Positions 7,696 to 15,667 are shown, counted from the stretch's first letter. The stretch is DNA of 16,310 bases from Armatimonadia bacterium (GCA_039683575.1 JBDKRC010000316.1:1-16310), one strand, 5' to 3'. The notes: generated by a model not told the origin, from the sequence alone. Made by a program: numbers and translations.

Positions 7696-8055
7696 ATGGC
7701 GGAGGAGCGAGAAGTGTCCGTGGTGATGAAGGAGTTCGTGGGGGCGCTGATGACGTACCTCCGCCAGCAGGGAGCGGAGTTCGTCTCGGCTGCGGTGGTT
7801 CGCCCCCTGCAGAAAGCGGCCGTCAAGGTCGCGTTGATGTTCGCGGCGGTTGTCGCGATAGTCATCGGGCTGGTCTTTTTCAGCAACTTCATGGTGCTCG
7901 GCTTTGCGAAGCTGTTCAACGCGCTGTACTGGGGCTATCTCAGCGCAGCCGTCATCATGTTCATTGTCGCGCTGATCCTGTTCAAGGTGATGAGTGGTGG
8001 TAAAGCGGAGGAGGACGCCAAACATGGAAAAGACGGAGACAACGGTAACCGCTGA
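7696..8055 (+). CDS. Small two-TM membrane protein, YqjE/'phage holin family' (DUF1469)-like
   Basis: Amphipathic N-terminal helix, then two hydrophobic segments and a charged tail. ATG 7696 has a GGGGTGA SD-like motif. ATG 7678, overlapping the fem stop (ATGA), is an alternative start. Family assignment is from architecture only. Confidence 0.65.
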   Translation: MAEEREVSVVMKEFVGALMTYLRQQGAEFVSAAVVRPLQKAAVKVALMFAAVVAIVIGLVFFSNFMVLGFAKLFNALYWGYLSAAVIMFIVALILFKVMSGGKAEEDAKHGKDGDNGNR

Positions 8056-8413
8056 CGACGTGCAGCAGAAGTGGCACGAAGTGGAAGCGACCGTGAAGTC
8101 AACGGTGCAGCGCAAGGTCATGGGGATGTCCTACGTGACCATCGGGGCCATCGTTGTGGGGGCGGGGGCGCTCGGCGCGGCGTACTGGCTCGGCCGGCGC
8201 AGCGGTTCATCCCGGGCGAAGACCGCGCAACCCAAGCCGGGTGAGTCCTTCGTGGGGCTGGAAAGCCCGCAACTGGTGAAAGCCAACCGCTCCAGCAGTG
8301 GGCCGAACCTGGGAAAGATCATTGAGCCGGCGGTTCACAGGCTGGTATCGACGGCGTTGTCGGCGGCGACGGACCGGATGAAGTACAAGCCATCGTGCGA
8401 GGCGCGGTTGTAG
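8024..8413 (+). CDS. Small membrane-anchored protein (ElaB/YqjD/DUF3618-like architecture)
   Basis: Strong SD GGAGGAGG precedes ATG 8024. MEKTETTVTADDVQQKWHEVEATVK coil is followed by one TM segment 'TIGAIVVGAGALGAAYWLGRR'. Overlaps the upstream gene by 32 bp. Confidence 0.65.
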   Translation: MEKTETTVTADDVQQKWHEVEATVKSTVQRKVMGMSYVTIGAIVVGAGALGAAYWLGRRSGSSRAKTAQPKPGESFVGLESPQLVKANRSSSGPNLGKIIEPAVHRLVSTALSAATDRMKYKPSCEARL

Positions 8414-8488
8414 GAGATTGCTGAACTTGTGGGCAAAGAAATGGGGCAGTGGTCCCATTTCTTTGCGCGCTTGCTGAAAGGGTTACTG

Positions 8489-9886
8489 ATGCGGGAGACC
8501 ATTGAGAGAGTCCTGAAGTCCGCAAAGGAGAAGGGGGCGACGTTCGCCGACCTGCGGCTGACGCAGGCTAGCGGGACGTCGATTCTGGTGCAGGATGGGC
8601 GGGCTGACAAGATCGCGACCGGCGTGTCGCAGGGGGCGGGCGTGCGGGTGTTGGTGGACGGGGCGTGGGGCTTTGCGCCGACGAATAATCCGACGGCGGA
8701 TGAGCTGGAGCGCTGCCTTGAAGATGCGGTGAGCATGGCGCGCGCGGCGGCGCCGAGCGTTACGGACCACGGCATGGTGGCGGAAGTCGAGCCTGTGGAA
8801 GACAAGGTGGTGTCCAAGGTCGAGCGCGACCCGCGTGAGGTGCCGCTGGAGCAGCGAGTGAAGGATGCTTACGAACTCGAGCGCGTGGCTGCCTCGCGGG
8901 ATAAGGTCGTCAACAGCGTGGTGCGGTACAGCGACTCGGCGGGATCGAGCATCATCGCCAACACCTACGGGACGTACCTGGAAAGCTCGGGGGTGCGGTG
9001 CCAGGTGGGCGTGCGCGTGACCGCCTCGGACGGGACAACCCGGCAGCACACCGGCAAGGGGCGCGCGGGGCGCAAGGGCTATGAACTCATGGAGGGGCTG
9101 GACTACGAGGAGTTTGCGGGCAAGACCGCGGACCGCGCGGTGGGGCTGCTGACGGCCCAGCACGCTCCAAGTGGCAAGTTCACGGTCGTCATTGACCCGC
9201 TGATCTGCGGGCTGCTGGTCCACGAGGCGTTCGGGCACAACTCCGAGGCTGACGCGATCTGGACGGGTAACTCGATCCTGGAGGGGAAGCTGGGGCAGAA
9301 GGTTGCGGCGCCGTGTGTGACCATCACCGACGATCCCACGCTTCCGGGCCTGAACGGTACGTATGACTACGACCACGAGGGCGTGCGGGCACAGCGGAAT
9401 GTCATCGTCGAAAATGGCGTACTGGTGGGATACCTGCACAGCCTGGAGACGGCGGCACGGCTGGGGATGAAGCCGACGGGGTCGGCGCGGGCGCAGGGGC
9501 ACCAGGATGTGCCGATTGTGCGCATGAGCAATACCGCGATTGAGCCGGGGGACTGCAAGTTCGAGGACATGCTCAGCGAGGTCAAAGACGGGCTGTACCT
9601 GTCGGGCGGGGCGTGGGGATATGTGTTTACGGCGGCGGGGCAGTTCACCTGCAACGTCGAGCAGGCGTTCCGGATTGAGAATGGGAAGCTGACGACGCCG
9701 TACCGGAATGTGTGCATCTCCGGCATGACGCTCGAGACGCTGGGCAACGTGATCGCGCTCGGCGATGATAAGGGCTTCGAGTTGGGCGGTACGTGCGGGA
9801 AAGACGGCCAGGCAGCTCCGGTGGACAGTGGCGGACCGCATGTGGCGATCAAGGACGTGGTTGTGGGCGGGCAGGGGGAGCTGTAG
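8489..9886 (+). CDS. tldD: TldD metalloprotease subunit
   Basis: Motifs 'FADLR', 'GAGVRVLVDGAWGFA', catalytic HEAFGH (HExxGH), 'TDDPT', 'YDHEG', 'RMSNT' and C-terminal 'CGKDGQ' with the conserved metal-ligand Cys. Start placed at ATG 8489 (GAAAGGG upstream). Confidence 0.95.
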   Translation: MRETIERVLKSAKEKGATFADLRLTQASGTSILVQDGRADKIATGVSQGAGVRVLVDGAWGFAPTNNPTADELERCLEDAVSMARAAAPSVTDHGMVAEVEPVEDKVVSKVERDPREVPLEQRVKDAYELERVAASRDKVVNSVVRYSDSAGSSIIANTYGTYLESSGVRCQVGVRVTASDGTTRQHTGKGRAGRKGYELMEGLDYEEFAGKTADRAVGLLTAQHAPSGKFTVVIDPLICGLLVHEAFGHNSEADAIWTGNSILEGKLGQKVAAPCVTITDDPTLPGLNGTYDYDHEGVRAQRNVIVENGVLVGYLHSLETAARLGMKPTGSARAQGHQDVPIVRMSNTAIEPGDCKFEDMLSEVKDGLYLSGGAWGYVFTAAGQFTCNVEQAFRIENGKLTTPYRNVCISGMTLETLGNVIALGDDKGFELGGTCGKDGQAAPVDSGGPHVAIKDVVVGGQGEL

Positions 9887-10170
9887 AGGCCCCACCCCTG
9901 CGCTCTCCGTGCGACCGCGGACAAGCCTGGGGGGAGGCGGGAGATGCTTCGTCGCAAACGGCGCTCCTCAGCATGACAATGCGGGGCGTAGAGGCCCCGC
10001 CCGTGCGACTGCAGGCAGCCTTGGGGGAGAGGCGGGGGATGCTTCGTCGCAAACGGCGCTCCTCAGCATGACAATTTGGGGCGTAGAGGCTCCGCCCGTG
10101 CGACTGCAGGCAGCGTTGGGGGAGAGGCGGGGGATGCTTCGTCGCAAACGGCGCTCCTCAGCATGACAAT
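9883..10170. repeat. Tandem array of three ~95-bp units, each with an identical 38-bp palindromic core
   Basis: Core GATGCTTCGTCGCAAACGGCGCTCCTCAGCATGACAAT at 9943-9980, 10038-10075 and 10133-10170 (period exactly 95). Units start with GTAGAGGC at 9883, 9988 and 10083. Confidence 0.95.
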
Positions 10171-10172
10171 GT

Positions 10173-10212
10173 GGGGCGTTCGCGAAGACGAATACGGGGC
10201 GTTCGCGAAGAC
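10173..10212. repeat. 17-bp direct repeat, two copies
   Basis: GGGGCGTTCGCGAAGAC at 10173-10189 and 10196-10212, each containing the palindrome TTCGCGAA. Confidence 0.85.
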
Positions 10213-10248
10213 TGAAGTGGACCGAAACACCATGAAGTGGATGGGTAT

Positions 10249-11586
10249 ATGCCAGATATTCTTGAACTAGCGCAGTTAGCGGTCTCTGCCGCTATGAAGG
10301 CCGGAGCGGAGTGGGCTGACGCCTATTGCGGCGCCGTACGGCATGCCGACGTGGGCGTGGACAACAGCAGCATTCTCGACTGCCATGTGGTGCGGGACTA
10401 TGGGCTGGGCATCCGCGCCTTCTATCACGGCGGGATGGGCGCTTCGACCGTGCAGAGCCTGGACCCGGAGGCCATCCGGAAGTGCGGCGAGGAAGCGGCT
10501 CGGATCGCGAAGATCGCGCATCCGGACCCCGATTTCGTGGCCCTGCCCGAGCCTTCGGAGGCACCGGATATCCAGGGGCTGTTTGACGATGCGATCGCCG
10601 GACTGCCTGCGGAGACAGTCGTGCAGTGGTGCCGCGAGGCGATTGAGGAGTGCCGCCAGACCAATCCTAAGGCGCGGATCAGCGGGGGGGCGGGGTTCAG
10701 CGTGGGTGAAGGGGCACTGGCCAGCTCGACTGGAGTGGCGCTGAGCCGCCCGGGAACCAAGGTCGAGATCAGTATTGAGGCGGTCATTCAACAGGACGAG
10801 GAAGTCGGGTTCTACTTCGACTATGACATCGCCCGGCGCATGGCAGACTTCAAGCCTGTCGGCATCGGTGCGGCGGCAACGCGGGAGGCCGAGCGGTTCC
10901 TCGGCGCGCGGCACATGGAGACTGGGCGGATGCCGATTGTGCTGGGGCCGTTGGCGGCCGCGGAGTTCCTCGGCTCCATCATCGGCGCGGCGAGCGCGGA
11001 GAACGTTCAGCGCAACCGGTCGTTCCTGATCAACCGCGAGGGTACCAGGATCGGCTCAAGTTGTTTGACGATCAAAGAGGTTCCGTTCCATCCAGCGGGA
11101 ATATCTTCTTCATCTCACGACGGCGAGGGAGTGGCACGGCGCGACCTGACGCTGATAGACCAGGGCGTGCTGACCACGTTCCTACACAACTCCTACACGG
11201 CCAACAAGGCGGGCGTGGAGAACAACGCGCACGCGATGCGTGGCGGTTACTCCGGCGGGGTGGGCATTGGCGTGTCCAACCTGCAGATAGAGCGCGGGCA
11301 GCGGACTGAGAAAGAACTGATCGCGGAGATCAGCGACGGGCTTTACATCAGCTTTGCGTCGCTGTCACCCGATCCGGCTTCGGGCGAGGTGTCCGCTACC
11401 GTAGACTTCGGCTTCAAGATCGTCAACGGCGAGTTGGCCTATCCCGTCAAGACCGCGATGGTCGGCGGGCATGGCCTCACGATGCTCTCGGCTATCGATG
11501 CGGTGTCGAGTGACTACCGCGAAGAGCCGGGGACGATTGTGCCGAGCCTGCGGATCAGGGACATGCAGATTTCCGGCGGGGGGTAG
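10249..11586 (+). CDS. pmbA: TldE/PmbA non-catalytic partner subunit
   Basis: TldD/PmbA-family motifs ('GLGIR', 'SSTGV', 'RSFL', 'DGEGV', 'LIDQGVLTTFLHNSYTA', 'SNL', 'GFKIVNGELAYPV', 'PSLRI') with no HExxH. Lies downstream of tldD. ATG 10249 is preferred over GTG 10237. Confidence 0.9.
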   Translation: MPDILELAQLAVSAAMKAGAEWADAYCGAVRHADVGVDNSSILDCHVVRDYGLGIRAFYHGGMGASTVQSLDPEAIRKCGEEAARIAKIAHPDPDFVALPEPSEAPDIQGLFDDAIAGLPAETVVQWCREAIEECRQTNPKARISGGAGFSVGEGALASSTGVALSRPGTKVEISIEAVIQQDEEVGFYFDYDIARRMADFKPVGIGAAATREAERFLGARHMETGRMPIVLGPLAAAEFLGSIIGAASAENVQRNRSFLINREGTRIGSSCLTIKEVPFHPAGISSSSHDGEGVARRDLTLIDQGVLTTFLHNSYTANKAGVENNAHAMRGGYSGGVGIGVSNLQIERGQRTEKELIAEISDGLYISFASLSPDPASGEVSATVDFGFKIVNGELAYPVKTAMVGGHGLTMLSAIDAVSSDYREEPGTIVPSLRIRDMQISGGG

Positions 11587-11684
11587 GACGGGCTATAGTC
11601 GTGTGGTATCGCGCTTGTTCGCGGCCACTGTCTCATTCATCTTCTCCGACGTGTTCACTGTCTACTTCGAGGTCCTCAAAGTCC

Positions 11685-13676
11685 ATGGCTACAGAACAGC
11701 AACAGCTTCCCACTGAGGGGGGCACGTCGGGCGCGCTGGTGGTCGGTGTGACCTGGCGCGCCATCATCGTCGCAATCGTCTTCACCATCATCGCCAGCTT
11801 CTGGATCGATATGGCGGAGGTCGTGACTTTCTTCTGCCAGATCACCGAGGCTGTCCCGGCCATCCCGGCGGTAGCGTTCCTGATCGCGCTCGCAGTGGTC
11901 AATCCCCTCGTCAAGCGCCTCGGCAAACGGTTCGCCCTCAAGCGCGTCGAGATTCTCGCGGTCTATGTCTTCTTGACGGTCGCCACGAGCATGGCCGGCC
12001 CCGGCATCGCGCGGTTTTTCATCAACACCATCCCCGTGCTGTTCTACTTCGAGACGCCGGAGAATGACTTCGCATCGTACCAGAACCACCTGCCCGAGTG
12101 GATGGTGCCGCATGATCGCGAGATCATCCGGCAGCTTTATGAAGGCTCGCCGACCGGCGCGATTCCGTGGGCCTATTGGACCAAGCCCATAGGGATGTGG
12201 CTGCTGTTCTTCTTCGCCCTGTGGATGGTGATGATGGCCCTCACGGTGGCCTTCCGGAAGCAGTGGTCGGAGAAGGAAAAGCTGATATATCCGCTGCTTT
12301 ACTTACCCATGGAAGTTACGGAAGACATTGACGGGCAGTCAATGGTCGTGGCGTTCTTCCGCAACCGTATCATGTGGATCGGGTTCGCGATTGCATTCCT
12401 GTATAACGTCAGCAATATCATGAATGCATATAACCCGCAGATCACGGCGCTGGGCAAGTTCTATGACATCGGCCAGCTCTTCACCGAGCGGCCGCTCTCG
12501 GCGCTACGGCCAATTCAGCTACACTACCGGCCGGAGATGATCGGGTTCGGGTACCTCGTCAGCACCGAAGTCTCGCTCAGCGTCTGGGTCTTCTACCTGT
12601 TCCTGAAGCTGCAGAGCCTCGTGGCGGCGGGGGCCGGCGTGCAGATCGCCGGGTTCCCCTTCGCCCAGGAGCAGTCGCTGGGCGCCTTCATCACCATGGC
12701 GCTGATGCTTACCTGGATCGCGCGGGAGCACCTGATGGATGTGGTGCGCAAGGCCTTCACCGGCGCGCCGGATGTGGATGACAGCGATGAGCCAATGACG
12801 TACCGAATGACAGTGTTCGGGGGCTTAGCGGCTCTGGGGGTGACGCTCGGGTGGATGATTGCGGCCGGAATGGCGCCGTGGCTGGCCGTGCTGTACCTGG
12901 CGCTGATCTTGATGGTGGCCGTGGTCTACACTCGGATTAGGGCCGAGATCGGCGTGCCGCTGATCTGGATGTTCCCATATTACCAGCACTTCAAGGCGAT
13001 CAAGTACTTCCTCGGGTCACGGCTGTTGATGGACAGCGGGCAGTGGCGCAGTGCCACGGTCTTCACGACGCTGGTCTTCCTTTCGCGCGGCTACTTCCCC
13101 TCACTCATGGCCTACCAGGCGGAAGGGTTCCGCATGGCCCGCGACACGCACATGAAGCCGAAAGGCATGACGTGGAACCTCATCGCAGCTCTCGTCGTGG
13201 GCTTCCTGGTGGCAATCTGGCTGCACCTGCGGTCATACTACGCGTATGGCGCGGGCGGCGTGGGGGCGCTCGAGGGTTGGGGCGCGGGGATCTCGAAGGT
13301 CGAGTATCAGGCGCTCACGGGGTATGCAAAGTCCGCCAGCCCGCCTGACATGCCGCGGATCATCGCGACGGGTTCCGGGTTCCTGGTTGCGGCGGCGCTG
13401 GTGGCGGTGCGCATGATCTTCCTCAGGTTCCCTCTGCACCCGCTGGCCTTCTGCATGGCGACCTCCTACGGGGAACTCATCTGGGGTTCGTTCTTCATCG
13501 TGTGGTTGGTCAAGTCGGTAGTGTTCAAGCTGGCGGGAATGAAGGGGTACAGGCAACTAATCCCCGGCTTCATCGGGCTCGCGCTGGGGCACTTCTTCAC
13601 GGCCGGGATTCTGTACGGCCTGGTGGGAACATACGGCGGGGAGTGGTATCGTCGCTATGGTGTCTGGTTCGGGTAG
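11685..13676 (+). CDS. Polytopic membrane protein, DUF6785/DUF6784-like (putative OPT-related peptide transporter)
   Basis: About 663 aa with many TM segments. 'IPWAYWTKP', 'FRKQWSEKEKLIYPL', 'YTRIRAEIG' and 'FPLHPLAF' resemble motifs I recall for this family, so an HMM check is needed. ATG 11685 has a GAGGT SD-like motif. Confidence 0.75.
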   Translation: MATEQQQLPTEGGTSGALVVGVTWRAIIVAIVFTIIASFWIDMAEVVTFFCQITEAVPAIPAVAFLIALAVVNPLVKRLGKRFALKRVEILAVYVFLTVATSMAGPGIARFFINTIPVLFYFETPENDFASYQNHLPEWMVPHDREIIRQLYEGSPTGAIPWAYWTKPIGMWLLFFFALWMVMMALTVAFRKQWSEKEKLIYPLLYLPMEVTEDIDGQSMVVAFFRNRIMWIGFAIAFLYNVSNIMNAYNPQITALGKFYDIGQLFTERPLSALRPIQLHYRPEMIGFGYLVSTEVSLSVWVFYLFLKLQSLVAAGAGVQIAGFPFAQEQSLGAFITMALMLTWIAREHLMDVVRKAFTGAPDVDDSDEPMTYRMTVFGGLAALGVTLGWMIAAGMAPWLAVLYLALILMVAVVYTRIRAEIGVPLIWMFPYYQHFKAIKYFLGSRLLMDSGQWRSATVFTTLVFLSRGYFPSLMAYQAEGFRMARDTHMKPKGMTWNLIAALVVGFLVAIWLHLRSYYAYGAGGVGALEGWGAGISKVEYQALTGYAKSASPPDMPRIIATGSGFLVAAALVAVRMIFLRFPLHPLAFCMATSYGELIWGSFFIVWLVKSVVFKLAGMKGYRQLIPGFIGLALGHFFTAGILYGLVGTYGGEWYRRYGVWFG

Positions 13677-13763
13677 TAAAGGAGAAGCAGGGCGGACAGC
13701 GGTCGCGATCGGTGATCGCTCGTACAGACGGATTCTCTGGGAAATCGCACGCTGGAGGCCAAT

Positions 13764-14300
13764 ATGTACCTCAAGCACGTGCCGAATGCGATCTGTATCC
13801 TCCGCCTGTGTCTGATCCCGTTTCTTTGGTATCTGGCTTACTTGCGCGCCCGCGGTTTTTTCGTGGGCGCGCTTGCTTTTACCTGGTTCACGGACGCCGT
13901 AGACGGCTACCTGGCGCGGACCTATCACCTCGAGAGCAAGCTTGGAGCGCGGCTGGACAGCATCGCCGACAATGCAGTGCAGCTCTCGATGCCCTTCTGG
14001 CTGTGGCTGCTGCGGCCGGAGCTTTACCAGCGATACTGGTACCTGGTGGCGGTCATGCTGGTGCTGTTTGTGGCGAGCATGATCCTGCAGTGGTACCGCA
14101 GGGCGCCGCTGCATACCTATGCCAACAAGTTCACGGCGTGGCTGCTGGCCGCGTTCTTGCTCTATACGTTCGCGGTGGGATTGAGCCCTGTGTTCATGTG
14201 GATCACCTTCATCGCGCTGTTGTATGCGATGGTTGAGGGGATAGTGATACTGGTGACGAAGGCGGAGGTCAGCGAGGAGACCAAGTCGGTGTGGGGGTAG
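13764..14300 (+). CDS. CDP-alcohol phosphatidyltransferase family protein (PgsA-like)
   Basis: N-terminal 'PNAICILR' and the signature DxxDGxxAR...GxxxDxxxD (DAVDGYLAR...GARLDSIAD). Hydrophobic, with a GGAGG SD. Confidence 0.9.
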   Translation: MYLKHVPNAICILRLCLIPFLWYLAYLRARGFFVGALAFTWFTDAVDGYLARTYHLESKLGARLDSIADNAVQLSMPFWLWLLRPELYQRYWYLVAVMLVLFVASMILQWYRRAPLHTYANKFTAWLLAAFLLYTFAVGLSPVFMWITFIALLYAMVEGIVILVTKAEVSEETKSVWG

Positions 14301-14330
14301 AGGCGGCAACCGGGCAGTGAGTAAGGCAGG

Positions 14331-14365
14331 CGGGCGCTCCAGGTGGAGCGCCCGTTCATCTTTGT
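14331..14365 (+). terminator. Probable intrinsic terminator
   Basis: Perfect 10-bp stem CGGGCGCTCC-AGGT-GGAGCGCCCG followed by TTCATCTTTGT, 30 bp after the last plus-strand stop, between convergent genes. Confidence 0.6.
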
Positions 14366-14372
14366 GGGGCGT

Positions 14373-14397
14373 GTGGGTTCGAGACGAACCCACCTAC
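14373..14397 (-). repeat. GTAG-tagged REP element
   Basis: Minus strand GTAG-GTGGGTTCG-TCT-CGAACCCAC: a GTAG tetranucleotide followed by a perfect 9-bp palindrome, the canonical REP architecture. Confidence 0.7.
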
Positions 14398-14454
14398 GCG
14401 GATGCTGTCAGGTGTGGCAGTGGACCTCGATCTACGCGTTGCTAATCGTGTCTC

Positions 14455-15462
14455 TCAGCGGACCTCGATCTCGGTGATCCACATGATGGTCGGGCGGACG
14501 GCGTGGCCTTTGCCGTCGGGTTGCAGGAGGCGGAGGCGCGAGGTTGTTACCGGGCCGAAGGGGATGGTGGTGGAGACGTCTGCCCTGGCGTCGCGGAGCG
14601 TCTGTTGGGTCACCCATTTCTGGCCGTCCCACGTTTGCACAAGCAGCTCGCGAGGGGCATGGAAGACGCCGCCGAAGTTGGCCCAGAAGACCTTCGCCTC
14701 GCGCAATTCCCGCTGCTCGGGCCAGGCGAATACCACCCAGTGGTCCCCAGGCTCCTCCTGCGAGGCCCACGTCGAGCCGTAGGTTGTCTGCCCCGGCGTC
14801 ATTATCTTGCCGTCGGTCATCACCTTGAGGTCCTCATAGCCGCCGTAGGAGCTGTCCACGAGCAGCGTGGGGCTCTCCTTGACGCTTTGGAGACAGCGGT
14901 AGGTGAGGCTGCGGGTGAGGGAATTCTGCTGCGGTGAGAGGTCCGCGAGGCGGAAGCTGATTGTGTTGACGAAGCTGCCCTGTTTGCTGAGGAGGTCGCC
15001 GATGGGGGCGACGAGGCGAAGGGACTTGCCGCCGTCGGCCAAGGTTAGGTGCATCTGATTGGGCGCGAGCGGCTGGCCGTTCACCTCGAGCTTGAGCGAA
15101 GAGCGGTCGAGGGGGTTGGCGGCGTCGCGGATCGCCAGTGTCAGCATCCTGGGGTGGGCGGGAAGCCAGTCCAGATCCACCTGAGGAGCATCCTTGAGCG
15201 CACGGCCGTCGAGTCTGAGGCCGAGAAGCTCAGGGGCCGCGGCGTCATCGAGGTTGATCCCCCGGGGCATGTCGAGGACGATGGTGGTTGCGCCGGCACT
15301 CAGTTGGGCAGGATCGAGGGTGAAGGAAACGATGCCGCCCGGGGAGACCCTGGCAGGAAGAGGGCGCCACTTGCCGTCGCGGGCCTTGAAGTAGATGTCC
15401 GAGGCGTGGGCCTGGGCAAGGGCGATGACGGCGAGGGTGAGTAGGAGGATGGGACGGCGCAT
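14455..15462 (-). CDS. Secreted hypothetical protein with C-terminal discoidin/F5-8 type C (galactose-binding-like) domain
   Basis: GGAGGT SD and signal peptide (MRRPILLLTLAVIALAQAHA). The C-terminal pattern 'MTDG...TWAS...HWVVFAW...VFW...P...VQTWDGQKW...FGPVTTSRLRL...ITEIEV' is typical of discoidin-like domains. Confidence 0.75.
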   Translation of the reverse strand: MRRPILLLTLAVIALAQAHASDIYFKARDGKWRPLPARVSPGGIVSFTLDPAQLSAGATTIVLDMPRGINLDDAAAPELLGLRLDGRALKDAPQVDLDWLPAHPRMLTLAIRDAANPLDRSSLKLEVNGQPLAPNQMHLTLADGGKSLRLVAPIGDLLSKQGSFVNTISFRLADLSPQQNSLTRSLTYRCLQSVKESPTLLVDSSYGGYEDLKVMTDGKIMTPGQTTYGSTWASQEEPGDHWVVFAWPEQRELREAKVFWANFGGVFHAPRELLVQTWDGQKWVTQQTLRDARADVSTTIPFGPVTTSRLRLLQPDGKGHAVRPTIMWITEIEVR

Positions 15463-15561
15463 GGTTGACCTCCGAGGTGCAGTAACAGCGATCTGGCCAA
15501 AACTGTGAAGGCCCGCAGGTGTCTGTTCGACGTATGGAAGCGGACGACCTCGTTGCGGGGT

Positions 15562-15667
15562 CTAGAAGCTATCTCAGAACTCGTGGGAGGGCTCTCCAGA
15601 GCCCGACATTCGCGGTCGGGAGGGCCGCTCCCGCTGTGTGCGAGGAGGGCATTGGAATGGCTTCTAG
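15562..15667. mobile_element. Small degenerate MITE-like element flanked by CTAG and enclosing a REP doublet
   Basis: CTAG at 15562-15565 and 15664-15667. Ends CTAGAAGCTATCTCA and (reverse complement) CTAGAAGCCATTCCA match at 12/15. Internal inverted REP-like units are GTGGGAGGGCTCTCCAGAGCCC (15583-15604) and CGCGGTCGGGAGGGCCGCTCCCGC (15611-15634). Confidence 0.5.

Noticed and set aside
7696-8055. Prophage lysis gene (holin)
   Set aside because: No endolysin or other phage genes are nearby, and this architecture is typical of chromosomal YqjE-like proteins.
8483-9895. 470-aa minus-strand ORF
   Set aside because: Antisense shadow of tldD, a common artefact in high-GC DNA. The same applies to 1980..2861, 10276..10914 and 13557..14393.
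9943-10170. CRISPR array (three identical 38-bp repeats at regular spacing)
   Set aside because: The 57-bp intervening sequences are almost identical to each other, the core recurs as a solitary variant at 6491, and no cas genes are present. This is a tandem repeat.
9765-10270. Repeat-containing small ORFs as RiPP precursors for TldDE
   Set aside because: The 95-bp period is not a multiple of 3, so repeats shift frame. There is no clear RBS and no modifying enzyme nearby.
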